Source of the DNA: Methanococcus maripaludis
GTDB taxonomy: Archaea > AGJL01 > Methanococci > Methanococcales > Methanococcaceae
Length of the DNA stretch: 32,000 nucleotides
Reading direction: 5' to 3'
Assembly: GCF_002945325.1 (NCBI RefSeq)
Contig: NZ_CP026606.1
Span: 660,001-692,000, forward strand
In this document: positions 17,237 through 27,550 of the stretch, in pieces
Layout: the number at the start of each line of letters is the position of its first letter
Numbering within the stretch: position 1 is the first letter of the stretch
Notes under the pieces: model-generated
Database searches by the model: none
Told to the model about the DNA's origin: nothing
The model's input: only the letters and a program-made list of their open reading frames with translations
Position numbers and translations under genes: made by a program

Positions 17237-19228
17237 TTAGTGGATTTTGCTTCCAACTGGAAGGTCCCTGTCAAGCGCCAATAAACTTACAATACTGTCG
17301 TCTTCTGCTGCTAAAAGCATTCCTTGTGACTCAACACCGCATAATTTTGCAGGTTTTAAGTTGCAGATGATAATTACTTTTTTTCCAACGAGTTCTTCTG
17401 CTTCATAAGCCCCTTTCAATCCAGAAACAATTTGTCTTTTTTCATCGCCCAAATCAGCAATAATTTTGTAGAGTTTTTTTGATCTTGGAACTTCTTCAAC
17501 CTCTAAAATCTGTCCAACTCTCAAATCAATGTTTCCAAAGTAATCAATGTCAATAATATCCATTTTTTCACCAGATTTTACTTTTTTGGACTTTTCGTCC
17601 GCTTTTGTTTCGGCCTTTTTCGTAGCTTTTAAAAGATTTTCTTTCATTCTCGAAATATCTTCATCGCTTACCTTGGTAAATATAACTTTCGGTTTTTTAA
17701 GAGGATTTCCCCTAACTTCTAAATCGAGTTCTTCGTTCATGTATTCTAAAAGAAGAGCCGTTTTTTCAGGCATGAAGGAACTTAAAAGGTAAATTATGTA
17801 CTTTAAAACAACAGAACATGTGTACATTACTTCTTTTAATCTTTCTTCATCTTTAATTGCCCATGGCGCCATTCCCTGGAAGTAACCGTTTCCATCTTTT
17901 GCCAAATGAATAATTTCCATTAATGCATCTTTAAAGTTGTATTCCCTAATTAATGAATCAACAAGTTTTTCTGTATCTTCACATTTTGAAATTAACTTTT
18001 TATCTTCGCCTTTTAACTGGTTTAAGTCCACAATTGGAGTACTGCCAAATTTACGTTCCGTAAATACTAAAGTTCTGTGTGTAAAGTTTCCGATAATATC
18101 AATTAATTCAGTATTAATCCTTTTTTGGAAATCGTCCCATGAAAAGTCGGTATCCCTATTTAATGGAGCATTTATCATGAAGAAATATCTTAAATAGTCA
18201 GAACTAAAGTTTTCAACAAAATCTTTAACCCATACAACCCAGTTTTTACTTGTACTCATTTTTTTGTTTTCAAGAGTTAAGTAACCGCCGCTAACAACCG
18301 CGTTTGGCATTTTGTATCCGCCGATTCCTTTTAAAATTCCCGGCCAAAATACCGCATGGTGTACAGTGATATCCTTTCCAATAAAGTGTGAAATTTTTGA
18401 TTCATCTGTATTTTCAAGCCAGTAGCTTTTCCAGATATTTCCAAGCTGTTTTGTAAAAGATACATATCCAATTGGAGCTTCAATCCAGACATACATCACC
18501 TGATCGTCGCATCCTGGGATTGGGACACCCCATTTTATGTTTCTTGAAACGTCCCAGTCGTGAAGTTCTTCAATCCATCTTAAAGCCATATTTTTTACGT
18601 GTTCCGGCATTTCTGGAGAATTTTCAATGTATTCTTTTAAAACATCTTGCATTGCACTTAATTTAAAGAAATAGTGTGTAGTTCTTTTGATTTCGGGTTT
18701 TGAATTACAGTGTATACAGTACGGGTTTACAAGTTCTGTTGGTTCAAGGTGTCTTCCGCAAACCTCACAGTGGTCGCCTCTTGCTTCGCCTTCACAAAAT
18801 GGACAGATTCCTTCAACGTACCTGTCTGCAAGGTACATGTCACATTTTTCGCAGTAAAATTGTTCAATTTCCTTTTCGTAAATGTATCCATTTTCTTTTA
18901 ATTTTGAATAAAATTCTTGAGCAGTTTCGATGTGTATATCACTGTGTGTCCTTCCAAAATTATCAAAACAAATGTTTAAACTGTCAAGGTCTGCTTTTAT
19001 TGCATTATGGTATCTGTCAACAATATCTATCGGTTTTACGCCTTCTTTTTCGGCAGTTAGTGTAATGGGAACTCCGTGGTTATCTGTTCCCCCGATATGG
19101 ATTACTTCTTCCCCTTTAAGTTTTAAATATCTTGTATAAATGTCTGCAGGGATGTAAGTACTTCTCGCGTGCCCAAGATGAAGGGGCCCATTTGTATATG
19201 CCAATGCAGTTGTAACTAAATGCCTCAT
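17237..19228 (-). CDS. metG: methionyl-tRNA synthetase with C-terminal tRNA-binding (EMAPII-like) domain
   Basis: '[52 protein letters not shown]', '[11 protein letters not shown]', C-terminal '[27 protein letters not shown]'. ATG 19228 follows GGAGGATTAAG; the 60 bp extension to 19288 is unlikely. Confidence 0.95.
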   Translation of the reverse strand: MRHLVTTALAYTNGPLHLGHARSTYIPADIYTRYLKLKGEEVIHIGGTDNHGVPITLTAEKEGVKPIDIVDRYHNAIKADLDSLNICFDNFGRTHSDIHIETAQEFYSKLKENGYIYEKEIEQFYCEKCDMYLADRYVEGICPFCEGEARGDHCEVCGRHLEPTELVNPYCIHCNSKPEIKRTTHYFFKLSAMQDVLKEYIENSPEMPEHVKNMALRWIEELHDWDVSRNIKWGVPIPGCDDQVMYVWIEAPIGYVSFTKQLGNIWKSYWLENTDESKISHFIGKDITVHHAVFWPGILKGIGGYKMPNAVVSGGYLTLENKKMSTSKNWVVWVKDFVENFSSDYLRYFFMINAPLNRDTDFSWDDFQKRINTELIDIIGNFTHRTLVFTERKFGSTPIVDLNQLKGEDKKLISKCEDTEKLVDSLIREYNFKDALMEIIHLAKDGNGYFQGMAPWAIKDEERLKEVMYTCSVVLKYIIYLLSSFMPEKTALLLEYMNEELDLEVRGNPLKKPKVIFTKVSDEDISRMKENLLKATKKAETKADEKSKKVKSGEKMDIIDIDYFGNIDLRVGQILEVEEVPRSKKLYKIIADLGDEKRQIVSGLKGAYEAEELVGKKVIIICNLKPAKLCGVESQGMLLAAEDDSIVSLLALDRDLPVGSKIH

Positions 19229-19342
19229 CTTAATCCTCCAAATAATCGTAAAATTTATTAACATTCGTACAAAATGAATTGTAAACATTTTATTAATAGA
19301 TTATTAATAGATATTTGTGAAATTCAAAACCGATTTTCAAAA

Positions 19343-19376
19343 ACGATATATAAATTAATATAGATAATATTTATAT
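19343..19376 (+). promoter_or_regulatory. two candidate TATA elements in the metG/gap divergent region
   Basis: ACGATATATAAAT and TAATATTTATATCT, both upstream of gap ATG 19447. Confidence 0.45.
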
Positions 19377-19446
19377 CTAAGTTAAAACTTTCTAAAAATA
19401 AATATTTTCTAAATAGGGGTAAAAATAGATATAAACTGGTGATTTT

Positions 19447-20469
19447 ATGGCAAATGTATTGATAAACGGATACGGCTCTATCGGTAAAAGGGTTGCCGAT
19501 GCAGTAGCTAAACAGGACGACATGAAAGTTATTGGAGTTACAAAAACGAAACCTGACTTTGAAGCCAGAATGGCTGTTGAAAAGGGATACAAATTATTTG
19601 CAGCAATTCCTGAAAGAAAACATCTTTTTGAAGAAGCAGGAATTCCTGTTGAAGGAACACTTGACGATATTATTGAAGATGCAGATATTGTAGTTGACGG
19701 AGCCCCTAAAAAAATTGGAAAAGCAAATCTCGAAAACGTATACAAAAAACACGGCGTAAAAGCAATAATCCAAGGTGGAGAAAAAGCAGGCGACGCACAA
19801 GACTCATTTAACTCACTATGGAGCTACGAAAGATGCTACGGAAAAGACTACATCAGACTCGTATCATGCAACACCACAGGACTTTGTAGATCAATGTACG
19901 CAATTAATTCAGTTGCTGACATTTTAAAAGCAAGAATCGTACTCATAAGAAGAGCTGCTGATCCTAACGACATAAAAACAGGACCAGTAAATGCAATCGT
20001 TCCAAATCCAGTATCAGTTCCATCACACCACGGACCAGACGTTGTTTCAGTTATTCCCGAACTCGATGGAAAAATCATGACTTCAGCAGTTATCGTTCCA
20101 ACAACACTGATGCACATGCACTCAATAATGGTAGAAACTTCAGGTACCACAAGAGACGAAATAATTGATGCACTTGCAAAAACACCAAGAATATTAACCG
20201 TGAAAGCTTCAGAAGGATTTGATTCGACTGCAAAAATTATTGAATACGCAAGAGACCTTGGAAGAAGCAGATACGATTTAAACGAAATTGCAGTATGGGA
20301 AGAAAGCGTAAACGTTGTAGACAACGAAGTTTACATGATGCAGGCAATACACCAGGAAAGCGATGTTATCCCTGAAAACGTGGACTGTATTAGAGCAATG
20401 CTCGAAATGGAAAGCGACAACTTAAAATCAATTGAAAAAACCAATAAAGCAATGGGTTTAATTAAATAA
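19447..20469 (+). CDS. gap: archaeal phosphorylating glyceraldehyde-3-phosphate dehydrogenase
   Basis: [40 protein letters not shown]...[17 protein letters not shown]...[21 protein letters not shown]. Confidence 0.96.
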   Translation: MANVLINGYGSIGKRVADAVAKQDDMKVIGVTKTKPDFEARMAVEKGYKLFAAIPERKHLFEEAGIPVEGTLDDIIEDADIVVDGAPKKIGKANLENVYKKHGVKAIIQGGEKAGDAQDSFNSLWSYERCYGKDYIRLVSCNTTGLCRSMYAINSVADILKARIVLIRRAADPNDIKTGPVNAIVPNPVSVPSHHGPDVVSVIPELDGKIMTSAVIVPTTLMHMHSIMVETSGTTRDEIIDALAKTPRILTVKASEGFDSTAKIIEYARDLGRSRYDLNEIAVWEESVNVVDNEVYMMQAIHQESDVIPENVDCIRAMLEMESDNLKSIEKTNKAMGLIK

Positions 20470-20535
20470 CTTATTTAAATCTGCTTTTTTACATATTTTA
20501 ACACAAATATCAAACTTGAATTTACACGTGATTTT

Positions 20536-20916
20536 ATGAAATACCTAAGAGGGCATTCTTTTGAAGAATTTGTCGAAAAAATAGAGAATTTAGACGCTGA
20601 AGAGGATGCAATATATATAAACACAGAACTCTCTAAAAACATCATAATTGAAATTTTGGAGAGCTGTGAGGTTAAAAAAATTATTTTGCCTGAATCTAAA
20701 TTTAAAAGGACCAATAAAAAAGTACTCGGGGCTTTAAAAGAAATTGGAATTGAAGTAAAATCAATTAAACCAACTACTGGACGACCCACAAGTAAAAAAG
20801 AAATTGTGGAGAGATATATTGAAAAAACTCCAAAAGAAATTTCTGAAATTACACAAATTCCAATAAAAACTGTTGAATATCATTATTATAAAATTAAAAA
20901 GGCCATTTCACAGTAA
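20536..20916 (+). CDS. small protein with C-terminal helix-turn-helix (possibly DUF1699-related)
   Basis: 126 aa; 'VKKIILPESKFKRTNKKVLGALKEIGIEVKSI' plus 'GRPTSKKEIVERYIEKTPKEISEITQIPIKTVEYHYYKIKKAI', which reads as an HTH with recognition helix. Confidence 0.6.
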   Translation: MKYLRGHSFEEFVEKIENLDAEEDAIYINTELSKNIIIEILESCEVKKIILPESKFKRTNKKVLGALKEIGIEVKSIKPTTGRPTSKKEIVERYIEKTPKEISEITQIPIKTVEYHYYKIKKAISQ

Positions 20917-20984
20917 ATCGAATTAATTAACAATCATATATCATTTCTAATAATATCTATAAATTTCTAAATATTGGTGAAATA

Positions 20985-22013
20985 TTGGTATTCTGCATCA
21001 AAGTTAATTTCAAACTGGGCGAAAAAGCACGAAAAATCATGCTTGATAATGATTTACTTAGTAAAAGCTATAAATTAAAAAAAGAAGGGGAATTTTTATA
21101 CATTCCGTTAACTTCCAGTAATTTCGATAAAAAAATTTTTGAAGATGAAAATATCGATTTTGAACTTTCTAAAATCGACGAAAATGAAATTTCAAAGATA
21201 AACTCTGAAAAAAAGACAAGTTTTAAGGATTATCTTTTAAAAAATTTTAAAAATGAAGTTGATGGAAATTTAATCGCTCACGCGTATGACATAATTGGAG
21301 ATATCGTAATTTTACAGATTTCAGAAGAAATTGCCCCAGAAATTAGGAAAAAAATTGGAGAAAATGCTTTAAAATTAATTCCTTCGGTAAAAGCAGTTTT
21401 TAGGCGAGAAAGCGATGTGAAAGGGGATTTCAGGGTTAGGGATCTTGAACATCTCGCAGGCAAAGAAAAAACACTTACATTATACAAAGAAAATGGATAC
21501 CGGCTTTTAGTTGATGTTGCTAAAGTTTACTTCTCACCAAGGCTCGGGTGGGAGAGAAAAAGAATAATGGACCTTGTAACCATTGATGACATTGTAGTTG
21601 ACATGTTCTGCGGAGTTGGACCATATTCTATTGCTTGTAAAAATGCGGAAAAAATATATTCAGTCGATATAAACCCGGATGGAATTGAACTTTTAAAACA
21701 AAACATCGTGCTAAATAATCTCGAAAATAAAATAGTCCCAATTTTAGAAGATGTAAGAAATGTGGATCTGAAGGGAACCCGCGTTATAATGAATTTGCCA
21801 AAATACGCCCATGAATTCGTAGATAAAGCCCTTGAAATCGTTGAAGATGGCGGAACAATTCACTACTACACGGTAGGTGCAGAGTTTGATGAAGGAATTG
21901 AACTTTTCAAATCAAAGTGCGATTGTGAAGTTGTTGATAAAAGAATCGTGAAATCATATTCCCCAAGAGAATACGTATTTGTAATTGATTTTAAAATACT
22001 AAAAAAGAATTAA
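20985..22013 (+). CDS. trm5: tRNA (guanine-N1-)-methyltransferase Trm5 family
   Basis: 'GDFRVRDLEHLAGKEKTLTLYKENGYRLLVDVAKVYFSPRLGWERKRI', 'VVDMFCGVGPYSIACKN', 'RVIMNLPKYAHEFVDKAL'; TTG start after GGTGA. Confidence 0.9.
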   Translation: MVFCIKVNFKLGEKARKIMLDNDLLSKSYKLKKEGEFLYIPLTSSNFDKKIFEDENIDFELSKIDENEISKINSEKKTSFKDYLLKNFKNEVDGNLIAHAYDIIGDIVILQISEEIAPEIRKKIGENALKLIPSVKAVFRRESDVKGDFRVRDLEHLAGKEKTLTLYKENGYRLLVDVAKVYFSPRLGWERKRIMDLVTIDDIVVDMFCGVGPYSIACKNAEKIYSVDINPDGIELLKQNIVLNNLENKIVPILEDVRNVDLKGTRVIMNLPKYAHEFVDKALEIVEDGGTIHYYTVGAEFDEGIELFKSKCDCEVVDKRIVKSYSPREYVFVIDFKILKKN

Positions 22014-22022
22014 CTTAAATTT

Positions 22023-23483
22023 TTAAAAGAAGCTGTCCAAAGTTGCCTGTTTTTTTGGATCTTTTTTCTTTTCTTCTTCTTTTTTATTTACTTTTTCAGA
22101 AGGTTGAACGGTTTCTTCGATTACCTCTTTTAAAGGTTCTTTTGGAGTTTCTGAAATTCTAGGACGTTTTGGAATAACGGGCATTACTTCTTTGGGAGTT
22201 TCTTTTTTCTTCGGGGTTTCTTTTTTAACTTTTGGTTTTTTACCAGCAATTACTGAAAGTATTTTTTTTGTAATTGTTTTGTTGGTTAAAAACTCCATTT
22301 CATCCTTTGTAAGTTCATAATATTCCACAAGTTCTGCAGAAACTTCCGGATTTGATTCAAAAATTACAGTCAAATAATCCACGGTATTTCTTGCTCTTTT
22401 TGTTGAAGTATGGGTCTTTAAAGCTATTTTTTTCAAAATATCTTTCATTTTCTGTCTGCTACCCTTAGTCCTGCTTAATTTTGTAAAGATAGCAGGTGGC
22501 CCATATCGGGTAAATCCTCGATACTTTTCTTCTTTTGCTAAAGCAGTTCCAGCAGTCATTAAAGCTGAAGCATATCTCCAAAGTCCAAAATACTGTCTTC
22601 GGTAAACCCTTCCCAAAAATACATCTGATTTTGAAAGGTAGTCATACCCTTCTGCAAGATCCTTGTATTTTAAATATTCTTTTGGTAAATTTTCAGAAAT
22701 CCACTCTTCAATGGTTCCGATATCTTCTTTTACATCCCTTGTAGCACTTGTTGCAATGTCGTAGTGGGTTGTTTTCATTATTATTCTCATTGCATCAAAA
22801 ATACTCTTTTCACTGTCCCTATCGGGAAGTTCTTTTGCATCTTCGATTTCAATCGATCCGCCCGTTGCTAATGACTGTAAATCATTTATTGCAGCCCTTA
22901 AATCTCCGCCAGAGTGACTTGCAATCATTTTAATTATTTTTTCATCGATTTCAAAACCTTCTTTTAGTGCAATTCTTCTTAAAACCGGTGGAATCGAGTT
23001 TGTGTGAACTGAACCGACATTTATCAAATTTACAGAATTTCTAAGCGTCATTAAAGCAGGTTTGTATACATCGTTTGCAGTTAAAATTACGGGGTTTTCT
23101 GCTGTTTTTAAAACTTTTATTATTTCAGCTACCCCTCCTCGGTCATCATTTCCAGAGAGCCCGTCAACCTCATCTAAAACGATTAACGTCCTTCTTCCAG
23201 TAAGTGATTTTGAAGTTGCCGCAGTTCCAACAACTTGTGAAATTACATCCTTATTTCGCTTGTCACTCGCGTTAAGTTCGATTACATCAAAAGCATAATC
23301 GTTTGCAATCGCGTAAGCTAAAGTAGTTTTACCCGATCCAGGAGGCCCTGCTAAAAGTATTGGTTTTTGATTTTGACCGCCTATAATAGATTCTATCCAT
23401 TCAACAAGTGTTTGTTTAGTTTTATTGTGCCCTGCGACATCATTTAATGATTTTGGCCTGTATTTTTCAACCCACTCTTCCAT
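22023..23483 (-). CDS. rfcL: replication factor C large subunit
   Basis: 'WVEKYRPKSLNDVAGHNKTKQTLVEWI', 'ILLAGPPGSGKTTLAYAIAND', 'TLIVLDEVDGLSG', long Lys-rich tail ending in a PIP-like box 'QATLDSFF'. Confidence 0.96.
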   Translation of the reverse strand: MEEWVEKYRPKSLNDVAGHNKTKQTLVEWIESIIGGQNQKPILLAGPPGSGKTTLAYAIANDYAFDVIELNASDKRNKDVISQVVGTAATSKSLTGRRTLIVLDEVDGLSGNDDRGGVAEIIKVLKTAENPVILTANDVYKPALMTLRNSVNLINVGSVHTNSIPPVLRRIALKEGFEIDEKIIKMIASHSGGDLRAAINDLQSLATGGSIEIEDAKELPDRDSEKSIFDAMRIIMKTTHYDIATSATRDVKEDIGTIEEWISENLPKEYLKYKDLAEGYDYLSKSDVFLGRVYRRQYFGLWRYASALMTAGTALAKEEKYRGFTRYGPPAIFTKLSRTKGSRQKMKDILKKIALKTHTSTKRARNTVDYLTVIFESNPEVSAELVEYYELTKDEMEFLTNKTITKKILSVIAGKKPKVKKETPKKKETPKEVMPVIPKRPRISETPKEPLKEVIEETVQPSEKVNKKEEEKKKDPKKQATLDSFF

Positions 23484-24029
23484 TTAAACACCTAACTTTT
23501 TTGCAAGTTCGATATGATTTTTACTGCCGACTTTTTTAATAATTTTCATTAATCTAGTCATTTCTTCTTTCATTTCTTCTTTTGAAATCATATTTTTCCG
23601 GGAATATAAAACTGCCATTTCAACAACAGCACCATCTGCACGGTTATAAGCAGAAATATTACAATTTAATATTTTTTCAAAAATAGGTTTTCCTTCGACA
23701 ATCATGAGTTTAGAACTTCCAAATTCATTTTTTGTTTCCACGATTTTTCGGTTTTTGATTTCAATTAATTCTATTTTGTAAGAATCCCTTAAATATGGAA
23801 TTTTTGTTCCGTCATTATCTAAATATTCGTAATCTCCAGCATCATCGAGAACGGATTTTGCAATTAAATAAGGACTGCAAGTATTTAGAATATAGAACTC
23901 ATCTTTTTGTAAATTTTCAAAAGTGTGTGAACCATCATACAAATGCAAAGTTACGAAATCACCTTTAAAAAAAGCTCCAATTGGCGCCTGATTAGAATTT
24001 CCCGAAGTTATAACGACTTCATACTTCAT
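23484..24029 (-). CDS. DUF447 family protein (FMN-binding split-barrel-like)
   Basis: 'VVITSGNSNQAPIGAFFKGDFVTLHLYDGSHTFENLQKDEFYILNT..P' and 'NRADGAVVEMAVLYSR'; stop abuts rfcL ATG. Confidence 0.75.
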   Translation of the reverse strand: MKYEVVITSGNSNQAPIGAFFKGDFVTLHLYDGSHTFENLQKDEFYILNTCSPYLIAKSVLDDAGDYEYLDNDGTKIPYLRDSYKIELIEIKNRKIVETKNEFGSSKLMIVEGKPIFEKILNCNISAYNRADGAVVEMAVLYSRKNMISKEEMKEEMTRLMKIIKKVGSKNHIELAKKLGV

Positions 24030-24161
24030 AGATACCCACTGTAATCATTCAAACATACTATTTTCAACTATAATATTATATTACTACATTGATTTTATAT
24101 GTTAGTATCACTTATTAAATTTAAAAGGTTCAACTACTCATTTAATTCTTTTGGTGACATT

Positions 24162-25013
24162 ATGCGATGTTCTGCAGTTTCTTTAGGGTCAGGAACAATA
24201 ATTAATGCAATTGCAACAGGTTTTGGCTCTGCTTTCGGTGTTGATTTGAAAATAAAAGCTGATGTTGAGTTAATAGATAATGGGAAAAAAATTATAAACG
24301 GAATTTCAATAGATAACCCTACTTTAAAACCCAGTCTTGTAGAAAGATGCGTTAAAAACGTATTTGACCACTTTGAAGTTGATTATTCTGCAAAAATTTC
24401 AACAATTGGGGATATACCGATAAAATCAGGCCTAAGCAGCAGCAGTGCAGCTTCAAATGCGGCAGTTTTAGCAACAATCGGCGCACTTGGTGAAAAAGTA
24501 GATCCTGATTTGGTTTTGGATCTTGCAATAAAATCATCTTTTGAAGAAAATTTAACTGTTACTGGGGCATATGATGATGCTACTGCATCTTATTTTGGTG
24601 GAATTACCGTATGTAATAATATGGAAAGAAAAATACTGAAAAAAGATAAATTTAAAGAAGATATAAAAGTTATTGTATTAATGCCCGAATTTAAAAAGAA
24701 TGTTGATGTAAACAGAATGAAATTGATTAAAGATTACGTTGATATGGCTTTTGAAAAGTGTATGAATGGAGATTACTATAAAGCACTGTTTTTAAATGGA
24801 TTACTTTATTCTTCTGCATTAAATTTTCCATCAAACATTTCTGTTGATGCTTTAGAAGCTGGTGCAGTTACTGCGGGGCTTTCAGGAACCGGTCCTTCTT
24901 ATGTTGCTCTCTGCTACCCTGAAGATGAAAAAAACGTTGAAAATGCACTCAAAAAATATGGGGAAACCACAATTACAAAACCTAGTAATGACGGAGCTAA
25001 AATACTTTATTAA
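24162..25013 (+). CDS. aroK: archaeal shikimate kinase (GHMP kinase family)
   Basis: [31 protein letters not shown]...'[22 protein letters not shown]'...'[15 protein letters not shown]'...'[12 protein letters not shown]'. ATG 24162 after GGTGACATT. Confidence 0.93.
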   Translation: MRCSAVSLGSGTIINAIATGFGSAFGVDLKIKADVELIDNGKKIINGISIDNPTLKPSLVERCVKNVFDHFEVDYSAKISTIGDIPIKSGLSSSSAASNAAVLATIGALGEKVDPDLVLDLAIKSSFEENLTVTGAYDDATASYFGGITVCNNMERKILKKDKFKEDIKVIVLMPEFKKNVDVNRMKLIKDYVDMAFEKCMNGDYYKALFLNGLLYSSALNFPSNISVDALEAGAVTAGLSGTGPSYVALCYPEDEKNVENALKKYGETTITKPSNDGAKILY

Positions 25014-25032
25014 CTAATTAACTGGTGAAAAT

Positions 25033-25719
25033 ATGGTCGATAAAATATATGGAATAGGTGTTGGTCCAGGGGATACAGATTTATTAACTTTAAAAGCGGT
25101 AAATGTAATTCAAAATGCAGATACCATATTTGTTCCAATTTCAAAGGAAGGAAAAGCTTCTGTTGCATATGACATTATAAAAACTATAATTCCAGAAAAC
25201 AAAAAAGTGGTAGAACTTTTGTTTCCAATGAGTAAAGATGTTGAATTTTTACAAAAACACTGGAATAATGCCGCAGAAAAAGTAATGAAAGAAAATGGAA
25301 CTGTTGCAGTTGTAACGATTGGGGATGCAACACTTTACAGTACTTTTTCATATGTTTGGCATATATTCACTGAAAATAAAATTGATGTAGAAATTATAAA
25401 CGGAATTTCATCACCATTTGCCGCTGCAGGCGTTTTAAATATCCCTCTAGTTGAAGGGGATGAAAAATTAGCAATTTTACCACAAGGAAAAGATTTAGAA
25501 AGATATTTAGAAGAATTCGATACTTTAATTGTGATGAAAACTAACGATTTGGAAGAAAAATTGAAAAATTTAAAAGATAAAAAAGATAACTATTTAGTTG
25601 GTGTTGTAAACCGAGTTACATCGAATACTCAAAAAACTGCGTTAGGAAAAATCGATGAAATTGATTTTGAACCGTTTAAAGATTATTTATCCTTAGCAAT
25701 TATTAAAAAATTGAAATAA
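25033..25719 (+). CDS. cbiL: cobalt-factor II / precorrin-2 C20-methyltransferase
   Basis: 'KIYGIGVGPGDTDLLTLKAVNVIQNADTIFVP', 'VAVVTIGDATLYSTFSYV', 'IINGISSPFAAAGVLNIPLVEGDEKLAILP'; GGTGA before ATG. Confidence 0.9.
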   Translation: MVDKIYGIGVGPGDTDLLTLKAVNVIQNADTIFVPISKEGKASVAYDIIKTIIPENKKVVELLFPMSKDVEFLQKHWNNAAEKVMKENGTVAVVTIGDATLYSTFSYVWHIFTENKIDVEIINGISSPFAAAGVLNIPLVEGDEKLAILPQGKDLERYLEEFDTLIVMKTNDLEEKLKNLKDKKDNYLVGVVNRVTSNTQKTALGKIDEIDFEPFKDYLSLAIIKKLK

Positions 25720-25796
25720 GTTTCATTAATTTATACATCGATACTTTTTTATTTAATTTGCTCGAATATTAGCTTAATCGTTAATGGTGGTAAGAT

Positions 25797-27449
25797 ATGA
25801 TAAGTGATAACGTCAAAAAGGGAGTTATAAGAACTCCAAACCGGGCTCTTTTAAAAGCTTGCGGATATACAGACGAAGACATGGAAAAACCATTTATTGG
25901 AATTGTAAACAGCTTTACAGAAGTTGTTCCTGGCCACATTCACTTAAGAACATTATCGGAAGCGGCCAAACATGGTGTTTATGCAAACGGTGGAACGCCA
26001 TTTGAATTTAATACCATTGGAATTTGCGACGGTATTGCAATGGGCCACGAAGGTATGAAATACTCTTTACCTTCAAGAGAAATTATTGCAGACGCTGTTG
26101 AATCAATGGCAAGAGCACATGGATTTGATGGTCTTGTTTTAATTCCTACGTGTGATAAAATCGTTCCTGGAATGATAATGGGTGCCATACGACTAAACAT
26201 TCCATTTATTGTAGTTACTGGAGGACCAATGCTTCCGGGAGAATTCCAAGGTAAAAAATACGAACTTATCAGCCTTTTTGAAGGTGTCGGAGAATACCAA
26301 GTTGGAAAAATTACTGAAGAAGAATTAAAGTGCATTGAAGACTGTGCATGTTCAGGTGCTGGAAGTTGTGCAGGGCTTTACACTGCAAACAGTATGGCCT
26401 GCCTTACAGAAGCTTTGGGACTCTCTCTTCCAATGTGTGCAACAACGCATGCAGTTGATGCTCAAAAGGTTAGGCTTGCTAAAAAAAGTGGCTCAAAAAT
26501 TGTTGATATGGTAAAAGAAGACTTAAAACCAACAGACATATTAACAAAAGAAGCTTTTGAAAACGCTATTTTGGTCGATCTTGCACTTGGTGGATCAACA
26601 AACACAACATTACACATTCCTGCAATTGCAAATGAAATTGAAAATAAATTCATAACTCTCGATGACTTTGACAGGTTAAGCAATGAAGTTCCGCATATTG
26701 CATCAATCAAACCGGGTGGAGAACACTACATGATTGATTTACATAATGCTGGAGGTATTCCTGCGGTATTGAATGTGTTAAAAGAAAAAATTAGAGATAC
26801 AAAAACGGTTGACGGAAGAAGCCTATTAGAAATTGCAGAATCTGTTAAATACATAAATTACGACGTTATAAGAAAAGTAGAAGCTCCAGTTCACGAAACT
26901 GCTGGTTTAAGAGTTTTAAAAGGAAATCTTGCTCCAAACGGTTGCGTTGTAAAAATTGGTGCAGTAAATCCAAAAATGTACAAACACGATGGACCTGCAA
27001 AAGTTTACAATTCCGAAGATGAAGCAATTTCTGCGATACTTGGTGGAAAAATTGTAGAAGGCGACGTTATAGTCATCAGATACGAAGGACCATCAGGAGG
27101 TCCAGGAATGAGAGAAATGCTCTCCCCAACTTCAGCAATCTGCGGAATGGGTCTTGATGACAGTGTTGCATTGATTACTGATGGAAGATTCAGCGGAGGA
27201 AGTAGAGGCCCATGTATCGGACACGTTTCTCCAGAAGCAGCAGCTGGTGGAGTAATTGCTGCAATTGAAAATGGAGATATTATCAAAATTGACATGATTG
27301 AAAAAGAAATAAATGTTGATTTAGATGAATCAGTCATTAAAGAAAGACTCTCAAAACTGGGAGAATTTGGGCCTAAAATCAAAAAAGGCTATTTATCAAG
27401 ATACTCAAAACTAGTCTCGTCTGCTGATGAAGGGGCAGTTTTAAAATAA
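25797..27449 (+). CDS. ilvD: dihydroxy-acid dehydratase
   Basis: '[16 protein letters not shown]', '[20 protein letters not shown]', '[30 protein letters not shown]', '[12 protein letters not shown]', 'DGRFSGG'. Confidence 0.97.
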   Translation: MISDNVKKGVIRTPNRALLKACGYTDEDMEKPFIGIVNSFTEVVPGHIHLRTLSEAAKHGVYANGGTPFEFNTIGICDGIAMGHEGMKYSLPSREIIADAVESMARAHGFDGLVLIPTCDKIVPGMIMGAIRLNIPFIVVTGGPMLPGEFQGKKYELISLFEGVGEYQVGKITEEELKCIEDCACSGAGSCAGLYTANSMACLTEALGLSLPMCATTHAVDAQKVRLAKKSGSKIVDMVKEDLKPTDILTKEAFENAILVDLALGGSTNTTLHIPAIANEIENKFITLDDFDRLSNEVPHIASIKPGGEHYMIDLHNAGGIPAVLNVLKEKIRDTKTVDGRSLLEIAESVKYINYDVIRKVEAPVHETAGLRVLKGNLAPNGCVVKIGAVNPKMYKHDGPAKVYNSEDEAISAILGGKIVEGDVIVIRYEGPSGGPGMREMLSPTSAICGMGLDDSVALITDGRFSGGSRGPCIGHVSPEAAAGGVIAAIENGDIIKIDMIEKEINVDLDESVIKERLSKLGEFGPKIKKGYLSRYSKLVSSADEGAVLK

Positions 27450-27530
27450 TTAAAAAATAACTAAAATACTTTTTTTTAAATTTTAGATTTTACATTTCAA
27501 TTTTAAAAAATGATTAAAAAAATAGTAATT

Positions 27531-27550
27531 CATGGAAAAATTATTCCATG
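27531..27550 (-). terminator. stem-loop spanning the fbp stop codon, possible terminator
   Basis: CATGGAA-AAATTA-TTCCATG (7 bp perfect stem, 6 nt loop); minus-strand continuation AATTACTATTTTTTT. Confidence 0.45.

Noticed and set aside
19392-19745. 117 aa minus-strand ORF antisense to gap
   Set aside because: Mirror frame of a strongly recognised GAPDH; low-complexity Ser/Phe/Pro composition.
19848-20324. 158 aa ORF antisense to gap
   Set aside because: Shadow ORF on a well-identified gene, no RBS or family motif.
20475-20789. 104 aa minus-strand ORF opposite the HTH gene
   Set aside because: Ser/Phe/Ile-rich antisense composition, no clear RBS, and the plus-strand frame has coherent protein features.
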